Source of the DNA: Candidatus Yonathbacteria bacterium RIFCSPHIGHO2_02_FULL_44_14
Lineage (GTDB): Bacteria; Patescibacteriota; Minisyncoccia; Phycocordibacterales; UBA1550
Length of the DNA: 64,000 nt
Assembly (NCBI GenBank): GCA_001823535.1
Contig: MHUT01000006.1
Location: 27,631 to 91,630 of the forward strand
Reading direction: 5' to 3'
Both the position numbers and the translations under genes were made by a program. The notes under the pieces are model-generated. The model was given only the letters and a program-made list of their open reading frames with translations. It ran no database searches and was not told the origin of the DNA. This document shows, one piece after another, positions 57,664 to 64,000 of this stretch (position 1 is its first letter; the number at the start of each line of letters is the position of its first letter).

Positions 57664-58467
57664 TTAAACTAAATTTCGTAAAAGACTAACGATAGTAAGG
57701 GGACCGACGCCACCGGGAACAGGGGTCATAAATGAAGCCACATCCCCACATGCGGGGTCCACATCGCCAACGAGCTTGCCTGACTGCTCACTCGTACCCG
57801 CATCGATGATCACGACACCTTTCTTTATCATGTCTGGCTTAATGCTATGCGGAACACCCATTCCTGAGATAATAATATCTGCATCTTTAAGGAGTGCGAG
57901 TTTTTCTTTTTTGCTTGTCTTTATGTCGATCACACGGTGAGGCACTTTCATTCGATTGAACATTAGGTGCACAGGCTCTCCAACGAGGCGCCCCTGCCCT
58001 GCTACAACGATTTTTTTACCATTAAGCGAAACGTTGCACGACTCGAGTATTTCATGCACCGCTTGCGCAACGGGCGGAGTTCTGTCTATTTTCCCTTTAG
58101 CATAGCTTTCTTTTGCTACAGTACCCAGCACATCAATATCTTTGAGTGGTGGCACCACGTCGAGAATTTTCTCATTGTCGAGCCCCCCGCTGAGCGGAAG
58201 CTGAACAACAATGCCATCGTAATCGTTTTCACTAAGCATCTGCACTGCTTTAATTGCCTCAGCAGTTGTTTCAATATTTGAAAATTTCTTCACCTCAACA
58301 GAAATACCCACACGCTCCGCCACTCGTGTCTTTATCTTCACAAATTGTTCCATTGCTGCATCCACGCCAAATATCACGAAACAAACTCTTTTCGGCGTCG
58401 AAAAGAGAAGCTCAGTCACAAGCTTCTCTTCAAGCGTTTTTGCGATTTTGTTTCCGTCGACAAGCAT
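57664..58467 (-). CDS. folD: Bifunctional methylenetetrahydrofolate dehydrogenase/cyclohydrolase
   Basis: VVIIDAG, TPVPGGVGPLTIVSLLRN. Confidence 0.9.
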   Translation of the reverse strand: MLVDGNKIAKTLEEKLVTELLFSTPKRVCFVIFGVDAAMEQFVKIKTRVAERVGISVEVKKFSNIETTAEAIKAVQMLSENDYDGIVVQLPLSGGLDNEKILDVVPPLKDIDVLGTVAKESYAKGKIDRTPPVAQAVHEILESCNVSLNGKKIVVAGQGRLVGEPVHLMFNRMKVPHRVIDIKTSKKEKLALLKDADIIISGMGVPHSIKPDMIKKGVVIIDAGTSEQSGKLVGDVDPACGDVASFMTPVPGGVGPLTIVSLLRNLV

Positions 58468-58476
58468 ATGTACAAA

Positions 58477-58863
58477 TTATTCTGTTGTTACACCGTCAAA
58501 ATGTTCTTCTTTTTCATCCGCCTTGGTTTTATGTACCGTGCCGTCCTTATGCTCTGCTGGTGAATAAATGCTGTAAAGTTTTAAATGTGTACTTCCTGTG
58601 TTTAGTACATTGTGGCGAGTCCCCTGTGGAATAACGACGGCGCTACCATCAGATACCGCATGCTCCACACCATCAAGAATAACTTTTCCTTCGCCCGCCT
58701 CAAAACGGAGGAATTGATCCAGGTGATGCGTTTCCTCGCCGATCTCCTCACCCACGGCAAGATTCATAAGCACAAGCTGACTGTTTTTCCCCGTATAGAG
58801 CACTCGCCGATAATCCTCATTCTCCAAAGTCGCTTCTTCAATGTTTGTAATGTATCCTTTCAT
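58477..58863 (-). CDS. Cupin-domain protein. Start at the MKGYITN ATG.
   Basis: Two-His cupin motifs (GEETHHLDQF...; PQGTRHNVLN). Confidence 0.6.
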   Translation of the reverse strand: MKGYITNIEEATLENEDYRRVLYTGKNSQLVLMNLAVGEEIGEETHHLDQFLRFEAGEGKVILDGVEHAVSDGSAVVIPQGTRHNVLNTGSTHLKLYSIYSPAEHKDGTVHKTKADEKEEHFDGVTTE

Positions 58864-58894
58864 AGGGGAATAATAGCACACATTTTTTAGGAGC

Positions 58895-59518
58895 GTGAGT
58901 TCGCAGAAAGGCACAAATACAAAATTAAATGGTAAGATAATACCGATGATATATCATTTTATTTCTAATAATATTTACAGCGCGCTATTCATAGGGCTCC
59001 TTTTTGGAGGAGAGACGGCTCTCCTTCCCGCAATATATTTTGGTATATCCGGGGTAATCAATCTTGAAGCAGTTATTGGAATATCGATTATAGCAACTGC
59101 GATTTCGGACACGTTTTGGTACTATCTGGGACGAACCATGTCCGCGGAAAAAATATCATCCTTTAAAATCCTTAAAAAATATGTTGCCAAAATAGCAATT
59201 CTTTCAAATTCTTTCAAAAGTAACGGCCTTACGCTCCTTTTTTTCTCAAAATTTGTTTATGGCACACGAACTGCCGCACAAATACTTTGCGGAGTACATT
59301 CCATCAATTTTGTTAAATATTTTTTTATAAATATTTCTGGTATTTTGGCACTCAACATTTTTTTTCTCACGCTAGGCATGATGGTCGAAAAAAGTTTTGC
59401 GCAATTTGTAGAATCTCCGACACGCCTCTGGCTCGCGCTACTCCCCGTCCCCGTCTGTGCGGTGGTGCTTCAGACTTTATTTAAGAAATTAATATGGAAA
59501 AAATTATTTCAGTTATAA
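58895..59518 (+). CDS. DedA/SNARE-associated (VTT-domain) membrane protein. True start may be the ATG at 58946.
   Basis: Multi-TM with a GxxxY[LF]GR-type motif (WYYLGRTM). Confidence 0.55.
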   Translation: MSSQKGTNTKLNGKIIPMIYHFISNNIYSALFIGLLFGGETALLPAIYFGISGVINLEAVIGISIIATAISDTFWYYLGRTMSAEKISSFKILKKYVAKIAILSNSFKSNGLTLLFFSKFVYGTRTAAQILCGVHSINFVKYFFINISGILALNIFFLTLGMMVEKSFAQFVESPTRLWLALLPVPVCAVVLQTLFKKLIWKKLFQL

Positions 59519-60201
59519 TACCGGCATATAACGAATCTGCTGGGATCAGGCGGGTGATCAAAATAATAAGATCGTCTCCCATTGTTCGTGAAATAATCGT
59601 GGTAGATGACGGCTCATCAGATAATACATCAGCTATCGCGATTCGCTCGGGTGCGCAAGTAATCACGCTTCCACGAAATAGAGGTAAAGGACAGGCAATG
59701 CAAGCCGGTGTCAATGAAGCAAAAAATGATGTGATTCTTTTTTGTGATGGAGATATGTACGGATTTTCTGAGACAAGCATCAAAAACATGGTGTCCCCAA
59801 TAATTGAAGGAAAAGAAGACATGGTAATAGGTATTCGTCCGGTAATTTCCTCCATTCAACGTATTTTCCCTTTTCTTGTACCGATAAGCGGTTTTCGAGC
59901 TATTAAAAAAAGTCTGTGGTCAGAGATTCCCTCAAAATTTATTTCTGGCTATCAAGTAGAGCTAGCTATTAATTTTGTAGCAAGAAGAAATGGCTGGCGC
60001 GTTCTACATTTTGACGTACCAGGGCTCAAGCATTCTATCAAAGAGGCGAAGTTGGGGATATTCTCTGGACTTGTGGCACGCGCCACAATGAGTTTTGATG
60101 CCCTGTTGTTCTTTCTTGATTTGTATTTACTGAAGCGCGCGGAATCAAACGCAGCACTAAAAAAAGCCAAGGCGTACGAGCGAGTGCGCTTACAGAAATA
60201 A
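59494..60201 (+). CDS. Family 2 glycosyltransferase (polyprenyl-phosphate sugar transferase-like)
   Basis: VIIPAYNESAGI, VVDDGSSDNT, DGD (FCDGDM) motifs. Confidence 0.8.
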   Translation: MEKIISVIIPAYNESAGIRRVIKIIRSSPIVREIIVVDDGSSDNTSAIAIRSGAQVITLPRNRGKGQAMQAGVNEAKNDVILFCDGDMYGFSETSIKNMVSPIIEGKEDMVIGIRPVISSIQRIFPFLVPISGFRAIKKSLWSEIPSKFISGYQVELAINFVARRNGWRVLHFDVPGLKHSIKEAKLGIFSGLVARATMSFDALLFFLDLYLLKRAESNAALKKAKAYERVRLQK

Positions 60202-61446
60202 TAAATCGCGGTCCAAATCATCAGAATCGGTTCCCCGTGCTTTTTGTGTGATCGCTTTATGAGTTGAACCAAGATAGATTACCCGTTTGCCAAACTTATC
60301 CTCAAGGCAATCAATTTGTTTATGTATTAAACCAAATTTATCGCTTTTAATAGTGCCTCCAAACAAATCTTTTTGTGATATAAAATTTAGCGTAAGATCC
60401 TGCAAGATTGTACCCGTGGTGCGATAGAGAGTGCCTCTCGCGTAAATTTTTTCAAAGTGCAGATGAACGAGAGAAAGTAAAATTTCTGGCGAATTTGAAG
60501 GAACGGGGAGCGTTACTGTAATTGTTATTATTTTGAAATTCTGAGTTTTAAGAAAAATGGAAATCTTCTTTGGCACCAGTCCATAGTACCGTGCCTTTCT
60601 GCAAGCATCCTCTATATGTTTTGAAAACTGTGACCACAAAAAAGTTTTATCATTTGTCGAAGGAGTAAATGTTTTTGTTTTTTGAATCGATGAATAAGCT
60701 GTTTTTGCCTCTGTATCTACTTCCATAACTAAGATCCCGTTGAGCTCCTGCCAAATTGTTTCATATGGCTTCGAAAGGTTCTGTCTGATCCATGAAATAT
60801 CTTTACTGCTAAAATCCAAGGCAGTGTGCACCCCCTTCTTTGTTAATAATTCCGAAGTTTTTGGACCGATACCCCAAATTTTCTCGACAGATTTTTTTGC
60901 AAGAAAGTCCGGCGCTGTATCGCAATCAATTATAGTGAGACCGTTTGGCTTAACCCAGTTTGATGCAACTTTTGCGAGAACTTTCGTCGGCGCGAGGCCT
61001 ATCGATACCGACAGCCCGAGTTCTTCATTTATTTCTGATTTAATTTTTTGAGCAATCTCCCAATAAGTCAGCTTGAGTGTGCGGTCGAGACCAGTGAAAT
61101 CGGCAAAGCATTCATCTATGCTGTATTCTTCTACGCCATAGGCGTACCTGCGTACGATATCGAACATCTGGCTTGAGTATTCGGCATAGGCACGATAGTC
61201 TCCTGGGAGAATTACTACGCATGGAAAATCTCTCTTGATCTTGAATATAGGCATCCCGCGAACAACCCCAAGTGCTTTTGCTTCGTATGACAATGCAGAC
61301 ACAATCCCCCGTTCCTCGCCAGTTACCACAGGAAGACCTTTTAACGATGGATTTTTTGCAATCTCTACACCCACAAAAAAAGCATCTCCGTCGATATGAA
61401 AAATTATCTTAGATTTTGGGATAGGAAGGTCGCTCATCCACCACAT
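60190..61446 (-). CDS. dinB: Y-family DNA polymerase (DinB-like)
   Basis: HIDGDAFF, SIDECFAD, SVSIGLAPTKVLAKVAS. Start codon overlaps the stop of the upstream TVP38 gene (TAATG). Confidence 0.8.
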   Translation of the reverse strand: MWWMSDLPIPKSKIIFHIDGDAFFVGVEIAKNPSLKGLPVVTGEERGIVSALSYEAKALGVVRGMPIFKIKRDFPCVVILPGDYRAYAEYSSQMFDIVRRYAYGVEEYSIDECFADFTGLDRTLKLTYWEIAQKIKSEINEELGLSVSIGLAPTKVLAKVASNWVKPNGLTIIDCDTAPDFLAKKSVEKIWGIGPKTSELLTKKGVHTALDFSSKDISWIRQNLSKPYETIWQELNGILVMEVDTEAKTAYSSIQKTKTFTPSTNDKTFLWSQFSKHIEDACRKARYYGLVPKKISIFLKTQNFKIITITVTLPVPSNSPEILLSLVHLHFEKIYARGTLYRTTGTILQDLTLNFISQKDLFGGTIKSDKFGLIHKQIDCLEDKFGKRVIYLGSTHKAITQKARGTDSDDLDRDLLFL

Positions 61447-62084
61447 TATACCAAATCTGAATGTGTCATACGGAAAGCAACAAATATCAAGGAAAACAAA
61501 ATTCCAACAAGCCCAAAGAATTTCAGCGTATCACCGTATATAACCGCTTCGCTGGCATATGTAGAAATAATTGCAAAAGGGAGTTCTGAAAGAAAAGTGA
61601 TGGCTATGTAAGTTCCCGCAGGGTAACGAATAATGCCAAACGCGTACCCAAGCTCTGCTGGAAGCGCAATACGTAAAAGTAACGCAGTAGTAAAAGTCGT
61701 GCGCTTTTTGACCACGTTGCTCCAATCATCAAGTTTCTCTGTTGATACGAAATAAGAAACAGCCTTATACCCAAAATAGCGTCCAATAAGGTATGCAGTT
61801 ATGTCGCCAATGAACCATCCACAAAGTAAAAATATTATTGTAGGAACAGGCCCCCAAATTACGGTAGCTATCGGTACGAGTGGAATGTTTGTCAGCGGAC
61901 TAATAAGGGCAGCGAGTGCTGATGTCAGCACAAACACAAGAATCGCGAGGAGTTGATTTTGTACTGCGAGCTCATTTAAGTAATCCGCTATTGTGTAAAA
62001 TGTACCTTGTAGAACGCTTGAATACCAAAACAAAAAAGCAATTACTATTGCAATGCATAAGAAAAGAATGAGACGTTTGTTCAT
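61446..62084 (-). CDS. TVP38/TMEM64 (DedA-related) family membrane protein
   Basis: Multi-TM with WGPVPTIIF...GWFIGDITAYLIGRYFG. Confidence 0.6.
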   Translation of the reverse strand: MNKRLILFLCIAIVIAFLFWYSSVLQGTFYTIADYLNELAVQNQLLAILVFVLTSALAALISPLTNIPLVPIATVIWGPVPTIIFLLCGWFIGDITAYLIGRYFGYKAVSYFVSTEKLDDWSNVVKKRTTFTTALLLRIALPAELGYAFGIIRYPAGTYIAITFLSELPFAIISTYASEAVIYGDTLKFFGLVGILFSLIFVAFRMTHSDLV

Positions 62085-62256
62085 AGAATAAGTATAGCAA
62101 GTATTACGCTCATTGGTGTCAAAACCTGTCTAAACTTTGTGGAAATCGTCTTTCGCTTCTTTTGGATTTCAAAAACTCATGGCGGATTTTCTCGAAAACC
62201 CCGTCGCGCCCTATTGCGACGCTCCGCATTTTGGCGAAAAAACGAATTCTACTTTG

Positions 62257-62330
62257 TGGCTGGGAGGCTTGGAATCGAACCAAGATTCTCGACTTCAAAG
62301 GTCGGTGTCCTACCATTAGACGATCTCCCA
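62257..62330 (-). tRNA. tRNA-Gln (anticodon UUG), 74 nt including encoded CCA
   Basis: On the minus strand the acceptor 5' strand TGGGAGA pairs with the 3' strand CCTCCCA (six Watson-Crick pairs, A7:C66 mismatch), with U1:A72 as in bacterial tRNA-Gln. D-arm GTCT/AATGGTA/GGAC, anticodon loop CTTTGAA, T-arm CTTGG-TTCGATT-CCAAG. Confidence 0.8.
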
Positions 62331-62400
62331 AGGTATTATTCAATTTTGCGTACATTTCTTGACTGTGCCAAAAGTATGGCCGAGGCCGCGATTCCGTCTT

Positions 62401-62481
62401 ATGTCTCTATGTGAGACATCGCGACGCGAACTTAAGCTTTTTTATAGTCGAACGCTTCGCTTGTAAAAAACTTAAGTTCGC
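62401..62481. repeat. Two adjacent inverted repeats upstream of tRNA-Gln
   Basis: atgtctc-tatgt-gagacat (62401-62419) and the 17-bp arms gcgaacttaagctttttt / aaaaaacttaagttcgc (62426-62481). Confidence 0.7.
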
Positions 62482-62501
62482 CTACCATTAGACGATCTCC
62501 C
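62481..62501. repeat. Exact 21-nt duplicate of the 5' portion (nt 2-22) of tRNA-Gln, ~150 bp upstream of the intact gene
   Basis: cctaccattagacgatctccc occurs at 62309-62329 (inside the tRNA) and at 62481-62501. Confidence 0.8.
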
Positions 62502-62556
62502 GATGTATTTATTTTTTACAATAATACTTGTGCACAATACACCAAAAAGCTCTCTT

Positions 62557-62608
62557 AGCCAAGTGTCATATATTCGTAGCCATGACTACGAATATATGAC
62601 ACTTGGCT
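62557..62608. repeat. Perfect 23-bp inverted repeat with a 6-nt loop, downstream of dnaX
   Basis: agccaagtgtcatatattcgtag-ccatga-ctacgaatatatgacacttggct. Confidence 0.75.
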
Positions 62609-62649
62609 GTTTGATAAGCAAATCAAATGTAAGACTGGTAACAGTTGCA

Positions 62650-63684
62650 CTACTTTCCTGCTATCCGGAGCAAGGCCAGCTCAAGCGCGAGTCCAGGTAC
62701 AACTGCTACGCGCACACTCTCGTATGCACGGAGTAGTTCGGCAAGCTCCTTTGAAGTGAGGGTTTGAATCGCACTTTTTGCGAGATCCTCAATCAGTGCC
62801 ATATCTTCAGTTGGAAAATCCCCTATCATCTCCTTACGAGATGAAGCGACAAAGCGAAACATCATCACTGCGCGCATTTTACGAAGTAATAAATCAAGAA
62901 AAACTTTTTCTTCCACGCCACGTTCTATTGCGTTCGCAAGTGCTGAAAGCCCCCTTTCAACATCACGTGCAACAATTGCGCGAAGAAAATTATTTACCAG
63001 CCGGCTCTCGGGCGCGCCGGTAACCGCTTCAACTTCCTGCTGCGAAATCTTTTTATCAGATGACGATGCGATAACTTTTTGCAAAATTCCAAGCGTGTCA
63101 CGGAATGAGCCCTCGCCGAGTAGTGCAATGAGGTCGGACGATGCAGGTTCAAGCGCATAGCCTTCTTTTTTTGCAACAGCCTCAACGAGTGTCTTCAATG
63201 TTGTCTGCGAAGGTTTTTCAAAACGAAAACTCTGACAACGCGAAACAATTGTTTCAGGAATTTTATTTTCATCTGTCGTGGCAAGAATGAAGACCACATG
63301 ACGTGGCGGTTCTTCGAGAGTTTTCAAAAGTGCAGGAAATGCTTCGCGTGAAAGCATGTGTGCTTCGTCGATAATGTACACTTTGTATGGCGAGTGCATT
63401 GGCACCGTATGTACAGCATCGCGGAGCGCGCGAATGTCGTCAATGCCACGATTAGACGCAGCATCTATTTCATAAATATCGTCATCATGTGCACCGATAG
63501 CACGGGCAAAAATGCGCGCAATTGACGTCTTCCCCGTACCGCGCGAACCACAAAAAAGATACGCATGACCAATATTTCCTGCCTTAATGGCTCCTAAAAG
63601 CGTTTTTACCACTTGTTCCTGCCCTATTACCTCCTCAAAGGACTTTGGGCGGTATTTGGTATAAAGCGCGAGATTCGAGGACAT
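62650..63684 (-). CDS. dnaX: DNA polymerase III gamma/tau subunit, short form (ATPase domains I-III only)
   Basis: YRPKSFEEVIGQE, GHAYLFCGSRGTGKTSIARIFA Walker A, DEAH-like IIDEAHML, SRC sensor. 344 aa. Confidence 0.85.
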   Translation of the reverse strand: MSSNLALYTKYRPKSFEEVIGQEQVVKTLLGAIKAGNIGHAYLFCGSRGTGKTSIARIFARAIGAHDDDIYEIDAASNRGIDDIRALRDAVHTVPMHSPYKVYIIDEAHMLSREAFPALLKTLEEPPRHVVFILATTDENKIPETIVSRCQSFRFEKPSQTTLKTLVEAVAKKEGYALEPASSDLIALLGEGSFRDTLGILQKVIASSSDKKISQQEVEAVTGAPESRLVNNFLRAIVARDVERGLSALANAIERGVEEKVFLDLLLRKMRAVMMFRFVASSRKEMIGDFPTEDMALIEDLAKSAIQTLTSKELAELLRAYESVRVAVVPGLALELALLRIAGK

Positions 63685-63705
63685 AGTGAAGATATTGTAT
63701 CATAA

Positions 63706-63735
63706 AGAAAAAACCCCGCGAAGTGCGGGGGTTTA
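63706..63735 (-). terminator. Intrinsic terminator for the small minus-strand ORF at 63760-63948
   Basis: ccccgc-gaagt-gcgggg; on the minus strand followed by ttttttcttt. Confidence 0.6.
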
Positions 63736-63759
63736 GGCGTTACGTTGATACTTGTTATT

Positions 63760-63948
63760 TTATTTATCGGATTTTGCGGACACATCTGTAATATCAGAAT
63801 GAAACGCAAAGGCACTCTGAAATGCCAACTCTGATATCCTTGGGCTGTTGAAGCTATTTGGCGGAACCTCTTCTCTCCATGAACCAGGAATAGCAGGTGT
63901 ATCCTCCCTCATTTCGGTTGCGGGTAATCCAACTTCTTCTTTCATCAT
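63760..63948 (-). CDS. Hypothetical small protein (62 aa)
   Basis: ORF with a downstream terminator. No homology recognised. Confidence 0.3.
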   Translation of the reverse strand: MMKEEVGLPATEMREDTPAIPGSWREEVPPNSFNSPRISELAFQSAFAFHSDITDVSAKSDK

Positions 63949-64000
63949 TTACTCCTCTATCGTGTTGTCTAAAGAAAGATTACCACGAAAATGATTAGAA

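Noticed and set aside
62137-62414. Small plus-strand ORFs overlapping tRNA-Gln
   Set aside because: They overlap the tRNA gene and its upstream palindromes and have no coding signal.

Overview
This 64-kb window is a compact, gene-dense bacterial chromosome segment, mostly housekeeping genes on both strands.

By family-level motif recognition it contains:
- tRNA synthetases: trpS, archaeal-type aspS, gltX, cysS
- cell wall and division: dacA-like, mraY, ftsW, murG, an M23 peptidase, ctpA
- chromosome maintenance: scpA/scpB, dnaB, recR, rmuC, short dnaX, dinB
- DNA repair: uvrA, uvrB, a short uvrC, nth, a mutY-like glycosylase, a DEDDh exonuclease and a PHP protein
- ribosomal proteins L27, L9 and L21; tgt, folA, folD
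- an archaeal-type glycogen/starch block (ROK kinase, GH15, GH57, glycogen-synthase-like GT) next to a malic enzyme
- a P-type ATPase, bcp, a hemerythrin, a GGDEF protein, and one tRNA-Gln(UUG) on the minus strand

Short UvrC and DnaX, many overlapping or translationally coupled genes and the sparse metabolism suggest a reduced-genome bacterium, possibly CPR/Patescibacteria-like. That is inference from gene content only.

The region that stands out is a visibly AT-rich accessory islet at about 12.8-16.5 kb. It carries an alpha/beta hydrolase, a DUF397-like small protein and a co-oriented histidine-phosphatase / Nudix-like / ATP-grasp cassette. That cassette is bracketed by two near-identical ~92-101 bp direct repeats (13966-14057 and 16370-16470). 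Each repeat supplies the same last five codons (QAKGS) plus the stop codon to the gene ending in it. This looks like an attL/attR-type recombination scar or mobile cassette of unknown function.

Other unexplained structure:
- a ~160-bp MITE-like element with 17-bp terminal inverted repeats (20925-21085)
- a ~480-nt non-coding stretch upstream of rplU (29298-29778) with palindromes
- a dispersed palindromic motif GAATCAGC(A/T)GATTC, two copies in-frame inside cysS and uvrA
- a duplicated 21-nt 5' fragment of tRNA-Gln next to long perfect palindromes (62331-62608)
- a 43-codon ORF followed by a very strong terminator (47460-47656)

No CRISPR array, rRNA, integrase or transposase gene was found. 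All calls come from reading the sequence and the ORF track; no database searches were run.
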